A stretch of 64,000 nucleotides of DNA from Anaeramoeba ignava BMAN (GCA_028826165.1 JAPDFW010000100.1:1-64000), one strand, 5' to 3'; positions 25,546 to 40,700 are shown, counted from the stretch's first letter. The notes: generated from the sequence alone by a model not told the origin. A program made the numbers and translations.

Positions 25546-28500
25546 ATTTTTAATAATTAAATTAAGAAATAAAAAGGATTTTTTGTTGATTAAAATAATT
25601 TTTGTTTTTTTTTGTTTTTAAGAAATAAATAAATAAATAAAGAAATAAAATTAATTTTATTTTCAATTTTTCCAATTTCTTTTTTATTTTTATTTTATTT
25701 ATTATTTTATTTAGAATTAAATTGTGAAAAATAAAGAAAAGAAGAAAGAAAATTAATTTTTTTTTCTTTTTGGGAATATTTTTTGTTTTGTTATTTTAAA
25801 TTAAGAAGAAAAAAGAAAAAAAGAATTAAAATTAAAAATTGTTTTTGTTTTTATTTTTGTTTTAATTTAATAAATAATTTCAAATTTAATTTATTATTTT
25901 GTAATAAATTTAATTAAAAATAATTTAATTTATTTATTTATTTATTTATTTCTAAAATTAATTAATTAATTAAATAATTAATATTTCTCTTTTTTATTTA
26001 TTTTTATTTTTATTTTTATTTTTAAATTTGGAAAATAAATTTAAATTGATTTATGTTTATTTTCTTTTTGATTTTTTGATTTTTTGGATTTTTTGGAAAT
26101 TAAAAAATTTTGAATAAGTAAATAAATAATTAAATAATTTATTCTTCTTTCTTTCTTTTCTTTCTTTTTCTAAAATATTCTTTCAATTAAAATAATAATA
26201 ATTTAAATTTATTTGAATAAATTAATAAATATAATTTAATTTATGTAAAAAAAAACAAAAGAGAAATTATTATTTTTATTTTTATTTTTATTTTTGAAAT
26301 TATTTAAAAAAAAATATTTAGAGAATAAGATAAATTAAGAGAAAATTTATAAAATGAAATAATTTATAAATAAAATATTATTTAAATTTAATTTAAAATT
26401 TATTTATAATTTAATTAAATAAAATGAAAGAAATTATTCTTAATTATTCTTTTTTTTCAATAATAATTAAGAAATAATAAATAATAAAAACTTATAAATT
26501 AGAACTTTTTTGTTTTTTTATTTGTTTCTTTCTTTTGATTATTTATCAAAACAAAAATATAATTTTTTTTTCTAAATTCAAATCTTTTAAAAAAAAGAAA
26601 AAATTTTTTTTGTATATTTAAAATTTATATTAATTTTTGAATATAAAAATTAAGAATATAAATTTGAAAATTATTTATATTCTTTATATAAAATAAAATT
26701 TATTTAATTAATAATTTATTCTTATTCTTAAAATTATTATTTTATATTTAAAAACAATTTTAACAAATTTTTTCTTTTTTTATAATTTAAATTTTATTTA
26801 TTCTTTTTCTAATTTTTTTTTCTTTTCAATTTCTTGAATTAAAATTTATTTTATTTTATTTTATTTTATTATAAATTAATTAATAATTTTAATTATTTTT
26901 TTTCAATTTAATCTTATTTTTATATTTGAAAATTATTATTTCTGATTATTAAATTATTTATATTATTTTAATTAAATTCAAAATCTTCTTCTTCTTCTTT
27001 TCTTTTTTCATAATTTGAATTATTTCAAATTTTTTCTTCAATTAAATTTTAATTATTTTCTTTTAAATAATTTTTTTTTTTCTAAATTAATTAGAAACAA
27101 AACAAAACAAAACAAAACAAAACAAAACAAATTTATTTATTTATATTTATATTTATATTTATATTAAAGATAATTAAAAAATAAATAAAAGAAATAAGAA
27201 GATACAAAATATGAAATATAATCACAATATTTAATGTAAAATATTATCTTAGAAAATAAATAATATTTAATTTGAAAAATAAAAATAAACAATAAATAAG
27301 TTTTTGATATGAAATTTACAAGAAATCTAAAAATATCTTTAATTATTCCAAATAAAATAAATAATAATTCTCTCTAAAAAAAAAAGAAATTAAATTATTT
27401 TCAAAAAAAAAAAAAGAATTTAAGAAAGATTTATAGATAAAAATAATTATTAAAAATATTTATTAATTAATTAAATAAAAATAATTTATAAAATATAAGA
27501 AAAATCAAAATCAAAATCAAAAAAAAAAGAATTTTATTTATTTATTTTTATTGTAAATATAATAATAATAAATAAGAAATTTAAATAATAAAATAAAATA
27601 TAAATTATATTCAAAGAAATAAATAAAGAAGAATTCTTTAATTTTATTTATAAATTTTTATTTATAATAAACATAAAAAAAATTAATTAAATAAAATAAA
27701 ATAACAAGAAAATATTATTAGAAAAAAAAGTAAAATTGATTTCAAAATAATATTTTTGAAATTATATTATTATTTATTATTTAAATATTAAGAGAATAAA
27801 ATTCTTGAAAATGAAGAAAATTAAATAATTATAGAAAGAAAATCAAGTTAATAATATAAATAATTAGAAGAAACAAAATAATCATAAATAATAAAATTAA
27901 AATTAATTCCAAAATAATCAATTAGAAACAAAATAAATAAATAAATAAATTTAAATTATGAAAATTAAATAAAATCAAAATCAAAAACTTAATAATATTA
28001 GAAAATAAAAAAATAAAGAATATAAATAATTAATTCAAAAAGAAAAAGAAAAATAAGAAAATTTTTAATATAAATCAATTTTATAATTAAAATTAAATTC
28101 AAAATTATTGAAAAAAAAGGAGAATTTAAATATAAGATAAATTAAATTCTTTTTTTTCTTTTTTTTTGAAATTTATAATTTAGAAAATTATTATTAATAA
28201 TAAAATAAGAATTAATAATTTAAGAGATATAAATTTCTTAATTTTATTTTGTTTTTATTTTAAACAAATATAAATAAAAATAAAAATAATTTTAAATAAT
28301 ATTTTTCAAATAAATTAAAATCAAAAATTTAAATTTAAATTTAATTTATTTTTCTTTGATTTAAATTTGATAAAATAAACATTAAATTATTTTCAAAAAA
28401 AAAAAGAATTTAATTTTCTTTTTTTTTCTTTTTCTTTTCAAAATTATCAAAATAAGGAAATATAATTAAGAAGAAAAATATCAAGAATAAATTTATTTAA

Positions 28501-29424
28501 GAAATTAAATTAATTTAAATTAAATAAAATAAAATAAAATTAATTATTTTAGAAAAGATATATTAATATCAAGAATAAGTTTATTTTTTAATTAATTTTA
28601 ATATAAATAATTTAAATTTTGATAATTTAAAAATGAATAAAAAATAAATAATATTTTTTTTTCAAAAGAAGAATAAATAATATTTTTTATTTTATTTTCT
28701 TATTTTCCTTATAAAAAAAAAAACAAATAAATGAATAATAAATTTTCTCCTTAAAAAAAAAAAAGATAAAAAAATCAAAAATTAACACAATAAAATCTTC
28801 TTTTTAAAATTTCAAAATTTCAAAAATTCAAAATAATTAATAAATTGAAATAATAATAAAATTTTCAATTAAAAAACAAAAAAATAAAAATAAATATGTA
28901 TTCTCTTTAATTTCATAAAAATATAAAATTATTCAAAAAAAAAATATTCTTTTATTCAATAAATAAATGAAAATAAATTTAAAATATAAAATTTATTTAT
29001 TTATTTAAATTATATTTGAAATATTTAATTAAAAAGAAAAAAAAGAAAAATATTATTATAAAAATATAAATTAAAAATCCAAAAATTCAAAAATTCAAAA
29101 TTAAATTTAAATATAAATTAAAAAGAAGAAAATATTTCTAAAAAAATTTGGAAAATTTAAATAAATAATTTGAAAAAAAAAGAAGAAAGAAAAGAAATTA
29201 ATAAGAATAATTAAATAAATCAAGAGAAAAAAAAGAAATGAAAATAAAAATATTTTTACTTTCCAATTTAATTTAATTTAATTTAAAAATAAAAATATTT
29301 ACAAATAATAAATAAGATAAATATGAATAAATAAGATAAATATTGATAAATTATTTCTAAAAATCAAAATTTTTTGTAAAAATATTTTTATTTTATTCAA
29401 AAAGAAAAAAAAATTTATTAATTA

Positions 29425-29870
29425 AATCAATAATATAAAATGATATCAATTAATGAATATATTTTATAAATATTTATTTATATTAATTAAATAATTTATT
29501 AATTAAATAATAATATAATTTTGTTTTTAATTTTTTTTAAATTTTTGAAAATAAATTAAATATTTTATATTTATTAATAAAATAAAATAAAATAAAATAA
29601 ATCAATAATAAATAAATAATATAAAATGATATCAATTAATAAATATATTTTATAAATATTTATTTATATTTATTAAATAATTTATTAATTAAATAATAAT
29701 ATAATTTTGTTTTAATTTTTTTTAAATTTTTGAAAATAAATTAAATATTTTATAATTATCAATAAATAAAATAAATAAATCAATAATAAATAAATAATAT
29801 AAAATGATATCAATTAATGAATATATTTTATGAATATTTATAAATATTTATTAAATAATTTATTAATTTA
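29425..29870. repeat. ~180-bp tandem repeat: 3 cores here, 2 in the other units
   Basis: aatataaaatgatatcaattaat... recurs at ~29432, 29618 and 29797. Pairs occur at ~12552/12733, 46098/46276 and 62626/62805. Confidence 0.85.
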
Positions 29871-30240
29871 TTTTACATTTAAAATTGAAAAAAAAGAATA
29901 AGAATGAAAATATTAATAAATTTAAAAATATTGGAAATGAGAATAAAAATAAACTATTATAAACAAAGAATTAAATTAAAAATAAAAATAAAAGTGATAA
30001 ATTTCAAAATTTGAAATGATAAATAATTTTTTTTTGATTAATTTATTCTTAATATTCCTTAAAGAAGATATTTACAATCTAATAAAAAAAAACCAAAAAT
30101 AAAAATAAAAATAAAAATAAAAATAAAAATAAAAATAAAAATAAAAATAAAAGAAGATTTGATTTTGTTTTTTTTTAATTTAAAATAATTTTATTTAATA
30201 AAAAAAAAGAAAAAAAAATAATTAGAATTGTTTTATATTC

Positions 30241-31150
30241 CAAATTAAAATCAAAATTAAAATTAAATTAAATCAAAATTAAATCAAAATCAAAATCAAA
30301 ATCAAATCAAAATTAAATCAAAATTAAATCAAAATTAAATCAAAATTAAAATTAAAATTAAATCAAAATTAAAATTAAAATTAAATTAAATTAAATCAAA
30401 TCAAAATTAAAATTAAAATCAAATCAAATTAAATTAAATCAAAATCAAAATTAAATTAAAATTAAATCAAATCAAAATTAAATCAAAATCAAAATTAAAT
30501 TAAATTAAATTAAAATCAAATCAAAATTAAATCAAAATTAAATCAAAATTAAATCAAAATCAAAATCAAAATAAATTAAATCAAAATTAAATCAAAATTA
30601 AATTAAAATTAAATCAAAATTAAATCAAAATTAAATCAAATCAAAATTAAATCAAAATCAAAATTAAATTAAATTAAATTAAAATCAAATCAAAATTAAA
30701 TCAAAATTAAATCAAAATTAAAATTAAATCAAAATTAAATCAAAATTAAATTAAATCAAAATTAAATCAAAATTAAATCAAATCAAAATCAAAATTAAAT
30801 CAAAATTAAATTAAATCAAAATTAAATTAAATCAAAATTAAATTAAATCAAAATTAAATTAAATTAAATTAAATCAAAATTAAATTAAATCAAAATCAAA
30901 TTAAAATTAAATCAAAATTAAATTAAATCAAAATTAAATCAAAATTAAATCAAATCAAAATCAAATTAAAATTAAATCAAAATCAAAATCAAATCAAAAT
31001 TAAATCAAAATTAAATTAAATCAAAATTAAATTAAATTAAAATTAAATTAAATCAAAATTAAATCAAATTAAATCAAAATTAAAATTAAATCAAAATTAA
31101 ATTAAATTAAATTAAATCAAATTAAATCAAAATTAAATTAAATTAAATTA
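30241..31150. repeat. Compound AAAT(T/C) microsatellite at the unit boundary
   Basis: About 900 bp of mixed AAATT, AAAATT, AAATC and AAAATC. Confidence 0.93.
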
Positions 31151-31701
31151 AAAAATATTTCCCAAAAAGAAAAAATTAATTATTTCTTTTATTTTTTTTA
31201 TTTAATTATTTATATTTTTTTTGATTAAATTTAAGAAATAAAAAAGATGAAAAGAAAAAAAAAACCAAAAATTTAATTTTGATTTTTATTTTGAAATTAT
31301 TATTTATTTTTGATAATTTAAATTAAAAATTTTTTTTTAAAATTAAATTAAAAAATAATCAATTCAAAATTTTTATTAAAAAAATAAAAATAAAAAAAAA
31401 GGAATAAATTTAAAATTTGAAATTTTGAAATTTTAATAATTTAATTTTATTTATAAATTTTTGAATTTTTATAATTTTTAAGAATAAATTAATAAAACAA
31501 AACAAAATAATTTTAATTTTAATTTTAATTTTTCTTTCCATTTTTTTTTAAAAATAAAAATTAAAAAAGATTAAAAAAAGAAAAAAAAAGGAATTTGATT
31601 TATTTTTATTCAATTTAAATTAAACAATTAAAATTTAATTTTTCAAATAAATAAAAAAATATTAAATATTAAAATAAATAAAATAAATAATCAATGTCAA
31701 T

Positions 31702-34700
31702 TTAAAATAAAAAAAAAGTGGAATAAATAAATTTAAATAAAATTAAATTAAAATAAATTTGATCAAAAAATAAAAAAGAAATAAAAATAAATATCGATAT
31801 TTTGCTTGATGGACTGTTTAAACGGAATAAAGTAGATTCTTGTTCAGTTTTTTCAACTTCATCTTTTATTAATTCCTCAATTAGCTTCTTGAACAAATTA
31901 TTATGAACAGCTAAATAAGTAACAGCTCTACAAACAGAATCCATATCATATACTTTGACAACTTTCAACATCCCACTAATAAATCTTAAACTATCTGCTG
32001 TAGTAAAAATCAATTCTTCAAGATCTCGAATCGATTCCATTTTCTTGGCATTTTCACCTTTAAATTGCAAATTATACAATTTCTCTCCATAAACGTAAGG
32101 CCCAAAATCATCAGGAGGAGGTGGTGCTTTTACTTCGTTTTTCTTTCTTCTCACAACCAAAACCACCAAAACAACAATCAAAACCAATCCAAATCCTCCA
32201 ACACTTGCTCCAACAGCAATAGGAATCGTGTTGTTTACATTGTTGCTTGTTGTTTGTTGCGGAACAGAAATCTCATACTTCACCAAATAGAAATCTTCTG
32301 GCTTCTCTGTATTCGTCAAATTCACAACCAAATAATCAGTCTGCGCTCCTTCATTCCCTTCATTCGTTATGATCGTGAAGTTTGCTAATTGCTCATCAAT
32401 TTCCTTCTTGCTTCCGTTCAACACCTTGTTTTGCGTCTCGTTGAAACTTGATGATTTCATCTCAAATACTGTTAATGAAAGTCTTATTATAAGTTCTGTT
32501 TCGTCAGGATCAAAAATATCAAACGAAATCATGAATTGGTTTCCTTGATAAATGAATTCTTTGTTGTTGTTTTTGTTTTCACAATCATCATAGCAAATTG
32601 CTTGAATTGTTGATTGATGATAAGTTTTTGTAATATCAAAAACAATTGTGAAGTTTTTAACTGCTTCTTCATTCTTCATCATAAAACTCAATTCCAATGG
32701 ATAAAAATAGTAAAGTGGTGCTCTGATATAAACCAACAAAGGATTCGCTTCATTGATTGATGTTCCATCTCCTTTTGTGATTACATCCCCAATAGAAATA
32801 TCACTGTTGTTTACTCGTATACTTGAATTTGAAATATTCTCTCCAATCCATACAATTTCCCAAATAGAACTTAAATTTCCTGAAAATAAATCTGTAAATG
32901 TAAGATTGATTGGTGAATAATCATCTTCAGTTATGTTCCCTTCTCCTTTATTCATTTCAAGATTAGATGAATTAAGTTTCAATGTGATTTGATTTGTTCT
33001 TGAATATCCACTATCTGATCCTAATGTTAGATTAAAAGAAATATCTGGAGAATTATCATTGTTTTGAGATGTCATAATATAATCAAATGTAAGATTTCCT
33101 GAATTTGAAGCAGAAGAAATATTAGATGTAATCCCATTCGAAACAAGTTTTCCATTATAATAAATGATTCCATTCGTGATAGGTGATGATATTGTGAAAT
33201 TAATAACATTATTTCCTTTTCCATCTTTATAATCTATCGCAAAACTTTGATTTTCTAAACTTGATAAATTTAATTCAAAATAAAAAGGATAAAATCCAGG
33301 ACCTCCTGTTACATTTCTAACATCAATTATCAACTCAGATTGATGTTTCCATGATGATTTATAATTCAAATCAACAAAAGTAATTGTATATCCAAACAAA
33401 CATTGAACACTTTGATTTGGTTGAATTGGAGCTAAAATATTAATTTTTGAAGAATTAATTGGCAAAGTATAATTAAGTTTAATTTGATCACCTGAATCTG
33501 CTGAATACAAATTACAATAATAATATGAAGAATTTGAATTATTTGAAGTTATACTAATTTCATAAATTGAAGAATTTGATAAAAGATAAAAATCATTAAA
33601 ATCAAATAATGAATATTGACTATCATTTAATGTAAGTGTATTTCTTGATTGATTAAACCAAGCAGGAATTCCAGCTTCATAATTTCCTTTAATTTCTTCA
33701 CTTGTTAATATTCTTTCATAACTTCCTACATAATAAACCAAATGTTCAAATTGTAAAGTATCCATTGGAAAAACATTTTGAAAACTATGAGAAAGATTTC
33801 CAAAACCAATTTTAATATTATTAAGATAAACAGATTGATTTCCAATTTCCCAATTTACAATTAAATGATAATAATCTCCATTTGATAAATCAGGTGTTAA
33901 TACTGTAAATTCTTCATTAAAAATTCCTCTATAATAAATTCCAATTATAAGAGAAGAAGTATTTGAACCTATTGAAATTACTGGATAATAACTTCCTCTA
34001 AAAGATGCTTTATCATCAATCAAAATATTATTAGATTGATTAATATTTGAAAACCAAATCTCAATTGAAAAAGAAGAAGAACTCAAATTAAGATTAACTG
34101 CAGTAACTTGAGATCCAGTTGAAGATTCAATTCCTTTTTTTTTTAAAATTAAAATTAAAATTAAAATTAAAATTAAAATTAAAATTAAAATTAAAATTAA
34201 AATCAAAATTAAAATTTAAAATTAAAATTAAATTAAAATTAAAATTAAAATTAAAAATTAAAATTAAAATTTAAAATTAAAATTAAAATTAAAATTAAAA
34301 TTAAAATTAAAATTAAAATTAAAATTAAAATTAAAAATTAAAATTAAAAATTAAAATTAAAATTAAAATTAAAATTAAAATTAAAATTAAAATTAAAATT
34401 AAAATTAAAATTAAAATTAAAATTAAAATTAAAATTAAAATTAAAATTAAAATTAAAATTAAAATTAAAATTAAAATTAAAATTAAAATTAAAATTAAAA
34501 TTAAAATTAAAATTAAAAATTAAAATTTAAATTAAAATTAAAATTAAAATTAAAATTAAAAATCCAAAAAAAAATAAGAGAAAAATTTGGAAAAAAATTT
34601 AAAATTAAAATTAAAATTACCTGTATGAGTAACATTATTTTCAATATACCACCAAGTTGAATTTTGAGTTTTAACAGTTACATTTACTTCAGATCCATCA

Positions 34701-34858
34701 GCAAGAAAACAAGGAATTAAATTTCCAGAATATTGATTTTGAAAAGTAAATGAAAAATTAGAAGGAATTACTCTTGAACAAAATGAATTTGATAAAAGAA
34801 AAAAAATAAAACAAATTGAAAAAGAAAAAGAAAAAGAAAAAAGATTAAATTTAATCAT
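31702..34858 (-). CDS. Gene A copy 3: LamG-like single-pass receptor with a truncated RasGAP domain (~889 aa; exons 34858-34621 and 34133-31702)
   Basis: Same exon lengths as copy 2 (238+2432 nt). Same truncation after TLFRLNSPSSK. Different residues in the LamG variable patches. Confidence 0.88.
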
Positions 34859-35788
34859 TTCTTTTTTTTGATTGATTAATTGATTGATTAATTGATTAAT
34901 TGAAAAATTAAATCAAAAAAAATCCAAAAAAATTTTTCAAATGAAAAATTAAAAAAAAAAAAGTGAAAAATCAAAATTAAAAAAAAATTTTTTTTTATTT
35001 TAAAAAAATCTCAATAAAAATAAATTAAAAATAAATTAAAAAAAAAAAGCAAATTTATTTTTAATTTAAATTTGACTTTGATTTTAATTTTAAATTTTAA
35101 TTTTAATTTAAATGTGGTTTTTAATCAATAAAATAAAAATAAAAAATCCAAAAAAAAAAATTAAATAAAATTAAAATAAGGCAAAATAAAAATCCAAAAA
35201 TTTTTAATTTAAATTTTTAATTTAAAATAAAAATAAATTTAAAATTTGATCTCTTTTTGATTTTTAAATTAAATTAAAAAATAAATTAAATTAAAAAATT
35301 TAAATTAAATTAAAATAAATTAAATTTTGAATTAAATTAAATTAAATTAAATTAAATTAAATTAAATTAAATTAAATTAAATTAAATTAAATTAAATTAG
35401 ATTAAATTAAATTAAATTAAATAAAATTAAAATCAAATTAAATTAAAATTAAATTAAATTAGATCTGATCTTTTTTCTTTTTTTTTTCTTTTTTTATTTT
35501 GATTGTTTGAATTATTTTTATTTTTTTATTTTTTTTGGATTTAAAATTAAATTAAAAATTAAAAATTAAAAAGAAAATAAAAAGATTTTTTGTTTTTGTT
35601 TTTGTTTTTATTTTTTATTTTTGAAATTCATTCAATTGAAAAAAAGAAAAAGAAAAAGAAAAGAAAAGAAAAAAAAATATTTTCCTTTTTTCTTTTTGAT
35701 TGATTAATTGATTGATTAATTAATTAATTGATTGATTAATTGATTGATTGATTGATTGATTAATTGATTAATTGATTGATTAATTGAT

Positions 35789-37736
35789 TCAGAAAAAAAG
35801 AAAAAAAGAAAAAAAGAAAATTGAAATTGAAATTGAAAGAGAATTGAAAAGAAAAGAAGGTGAATTAGAAAAAGGTGAATTTGGAATTGAGATATTAAGT
35901 GTTGCAGTTGTTGAATAATAAATTGTTGAATTGATTTCTTCATAAATTGAATAATTAATTGTAATTATTGTTTCTTTACCTCCAAGAATATAAATCATTT
36001 TAGAATTTTGAGGTAATGTTGAGCCAGTTTTAATAGTAGTATATCCTTCTGAATCTGAATAGAAATTTGCACCATTTGCTTCTAAAATATTCTCAATTAT
36101 TACAGTGAAATTATATTGTTTTAAAATACTTTCACATTCAAGTTCAATTCCTTCAATTTTTCCAGTTTCTAAATTTACTTTTTGATTATTAACTTGAAAT
36201 TTTGAATTATAATATTTTCATTACAATTTGTTGAATTTTTTCCTCTATTATTTGTAACAAAATATGAAAAATTAATTAATTGTTGAGATGAATGATTTAA
36301 ATTTTCTTCATATTCATAAATAACACTCCAATTATCAAAAGATCTATAATCAATAATAGTATTATTTGAAATAATTTTTGAACCTTTAGTTTGATTTGAA
36401 AGAATTTGATAAATTGATCCATTTAAAGGAATTGAATTAATTATTGCATTATCAAGACTTGAATATTGATCATTTCCAATTAAAGAAATTTGACAAGATT
36501 TATCAATATTAATACAATAAGTTGATAAAGAAGAACAATATGGATTTGGATGATTGATTGAAACATTAAATTGAATTGAATAAGGAGGATTTGGAAATGT
36601 TGAAAAATTATTAGTTTTATCAAAAAGTGAAATATTCCATTTAGTAATATAAGAATCATGATAAAGATTTCCTTCAAAAAGAAATTGAGAAGATAAATTA
36701 ACAATTAATTCTTGTTCAATATAAATCAAATTTGTTTTTATTCCATCAAAAAATGTGTAAATATATCCATAATTTGGTTCAAAAATATCAATTGTTTTCA
36801 ATATAAATGTATCATTTGTTTCATTTGTAAAAGATTCAAGACTAATAATATCTATTTATTTTATTTTCAAAAAATTATTTTTAATTCAAATTTAAATTCA
36901 AATTCAAATTCCAAAAAAATAAAAATAAAAATACCTTTTAATTGAAAAGTTTTGTTTGTTTGAATATTTAATGAATTAATTAAAATTGATGGAGGAGCAG
37001 GAGGTGGTCCATTATTAAATCTACTTAAAATATATGAAGATGAAAGTTCACTTCCATAAACTCCTAAATACATAAATCTTGTGTATACATAAACAGCAGT
37101 TCCTAGATTTTCATTTCCAGTTATTGTTAAATAATTATTCCCATCAGAATGAATAATTGAATTAATCAAAGTTCCATTATAATAAGTTGAAAAATTTCCA
37201 TTTTTTTTATAAGTAAAAACAATATGATTTAAGAATCCAAATGATGAAATATTGGAATAAAGAATTTTTGGGTTTTGATTTTGATCATAAATCCAAATTT
37301 GAATTTGAGGAGGAGATTGAGATGTATCAGTTCCTGCCACAAAAAACCAATCTCCTGAAAGAATTTCAAATAGAGTATAACCTGAATTATTTTCAGGAGG
37401 TTGAAGAAACCAAAATTCCAAAGAAGCTTGCTCAGTATATGAAGTTGAATTTAATCCACATCCTTGAGTTAAATCAGAACAATTACAATATATTGAATTG
37501 CTCAAAATAGGATAAGTTTGAGTCATATTAACACCAGAACTAAAAAGTGAAGGATAAAGCCAATTTCCAGAAACACCAGAGAAAAAGAAAGTTTGATCAG
37601 GTAAAGAAGCAGCAATATCACCTTTTCCTTCATTAAATTTAAATTCAAATTGTTTATTAACTTGAGATAATCTAATTTCAATTAAAAAAATCAAAAAAAT
37701 AAATTGAAAAAGATTAAATTTAAAATTATTTGCCAT
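35789..37736 (-). CDS. Gene B copy 3 (exons 37736-36935 and 36851-35789) with an apparent frameshift at ~36196
   Basis: Collinear with copy 2. Exon 2 is 4 nt shorter (aacttgaaattttg versus aacttgaagaaaattttg). The downstream frame is intact to the GPI-type tail. Confidence 0.8.
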
Positions 37737-40700
37737 TTTTGTTTTGTTTGTTTTGTTTTTTTGATTAATTAAAATTTGTTTTTTGTTTTGGAAAAGAAAA
37801 AAAAAATGGATTTTTTAATTTAAAACATTTTTTTTTTCTTAAAAACTCATTAATTAATTAGTCATTTTATTTTAATTTTATTTTTATTTTAATATTATTT
37901 AATATTTTTTAATTTAATTAAAAAATATATAAAAAAATGGTAAATTTAATCAAATCAAGATCAAATCAAGATCAAATTTAAAACAAAATTTAAAATTAAA
38001 AACAAAAACAAAACAAAATTCAAACAAAAAAAAATTTTTTTTTTTCAATATAAAATTTAATTTTGATCAATAAATAAATTAAATAAATTAATTAAATAAA
38101 AGAAAAATTATTTTAAATTTAATTTTTAAATAAAAAAGAAAAAGAAATTAAAATTGCTTTTTTTTTGGATTTTATTTTTTTTTGTTTGAAATTTAAAATT
38201 AAAATTTAAAATTTAAAATTAAAATTAAATTTAAAATTAAAAATTAAAATTAAAATTTAAAATAAAATTAAAAATAAAATTAAAATTAAAATTAAAATTA
38301 AAATTAAATTTAAAATTAAAATTAAAATTAAAATTAAAATTAAAATTAAAATTTAAAATTAAAATTAAATATTATTTCTATTTTTATTATTATTATTTTA
38401 AATTAAATTTATTTTTAATTTTTCAAAAAAATCAAAAATCAAAATCAAAATAATTTAAATTTAAAAAATTAAAAAATAAAATTAATAAATCTTAATAAAA
38501 TTAAATTAAATAAAATGATCTATTTTTATTTTTATTTTGATTTTTTTTTTTGCCTAATAAATATTTAATTTAAATTTTAATTAAATTTTATTTTTGAAAT
38601 GATGAAAATTATCCAAATTTTTTTTATTTTTAAAAACAAAAAAAGAAAAAATTTATTTTAAAAATAAAAAAAGAAATTAAAATAATAAAAATAATAAATT
38701 AAATTTAAATTATTTATTTAAATAATTAAATTAAATAAAATATTTATAAATAATTAATCAAAAATTAATCCAAAAAAAGAAAAAGAAAAAAAAGAAAAAA
38801 ATTTATTTTTTATTTTTTAATTAAAATTAATAAATAAATAAATAAAAACTAAATTAAAAATATCTTATAATAATAAAATATTTAATAATAAAATAATAAA
38901 TTAAAATTAATTATTTATTTAATTAATAATCAAAATAATTATTAATTATTTATTTTTAATTTAATTATTAAAAAATTCTCAAAAAAAAAATTATTTTTTT
39001 CTTTCTTTTCAAAATAAGAATAAAAATAAAAATAAAAATAAAAATAAGAATAATCTTTTTAATAATTATTTTGATTAATTTAATAATTATTTAAAATTAA
39101 ATTATTATTCAAAATTTATATTTATTTCTTTTTAATAATTTGGAAAATTAATTTAATTTTTTTTATTATTTTTTTGGATTTCAAATTTTTAAATAAAAAT
39201 AAAAATAAATTTAAATTTAATCAAATAAAAATAAATATTTATTTTTGTTCCACTTTTTTTTGATTATTTTTTATTTTTTATATTAAAAATTAAATAAAAA
39301 TTTGATAAATTAAATAATAAATATTTATTTTATTCTTATTAAATTTAAATTTAAATAAAAGAAAGAAAAGAAAGAAAGAAATAAGATAATTAAAATATTA
39401 AATAAATTTATTATTTGATTTTATTATTTATTATTTATTATTTATTATTTTAATATTGTTTTTGTGATTAAGATTTATAAATTTATTTTTTATTTTTTTT
39501 TTGATAAATTTAAAAATAATTTTATTTTTTTTTTCTTTAATTTTTAATTTAAATTTTTAATTTTAAATTTAAATTTCTTTTTATTTATATTATTTTTGAT
39601 AAGTTTTAATTATTTTATTTAAATAATTTTTATTTTTATTTTTATTTTTATTTTCATTATTAAATATCAATTTTTATTTTTATTTTTAAATCAAAAAAAA
39701 TAAATAAAAATAAATAAAAAAAATTAAGGAAAATTAATTAAATAAATAAATAAATATAAAAAGGAAATGAAATAATTCTCTTAATTATTTTATTTAAATT
39801 TAATTATTTTATTTAAATTAATTATTTTTTAAAATTTTTTTGGAATTTTTTTTGTTTTTTTTGGAATAAAGATTTTCTTTTTATTTTATAAACAAAAATA
39901 AATAAAAATAAAAATAAGAATAAAAAGAATAAATTGAATTTTTTTTATTAATGTTTTTAAAATTAAAATTTATAAATAAAATAAAATTTCTTAAATTAAA
40001 ATTTTTGTTTTTGTTTTTGTTTTTGAAAATAAATTTAAATAAAAATAAAAAAGAATTTTAAAAAAAAAACAAAATTAATTAATTAATTAATTAATTTAAA
40101 TTTATTCTTATTTTTTTATTTTTGTTTTTGTTTTTATTGTTTATTTTTTTTGTAAAAATAAATTTTAAAATTTTTTGATTAAATTTTTGATTTGAATTTT
40201 TAATCTTTAATTAATTAAATAAATAAATAAATTAAAATAAAATTTAATTTAAAATAATTTAATTTTGAAAATAAAATATTAATTATTTTATAAATTAAAT
40301 CTTTAATTAATTAATTTATTTTTATTCCAAATTTTTTATTTTTTATTTTTTTGGAATGAAAAATAAAAATAAAAATAAATTAATCAAAAATAAAATAAAT
40401 TAAATTAAATTAATAAATATTAAATAAATAAATTAATTTAAAATAAATATTTAATAAATATTTTAAATTTTAAATTTAATTTTTATTATTTTTAATTTTT
40501 GATTAAATTTATATTAAAATTAATTAAATTATTTTATTAATTATTTAATAAGGAAAATAAATAATTAAATTATATTTTATATTATTAATTTATTTCAAAA
40601 TAATTTATACATTAAAATTAATTATTATATTATTATTTAAAATTATTTTATTTTGTTTTAGAAATTAAATTAATTAAAATTCAAATTAATATTTTTGATT

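Noticed and set aside
21300-30200. Hidden genes under an alternative (TAA/TAG=Gln) code, or organellar/RNA genes in the spacer
   Set aside because: The real genes end in TAA or TGA and lack in-frame TAR codons. Spacer copies differ by frame-breaking indels, and no tRNA or rRNA structure is visible.
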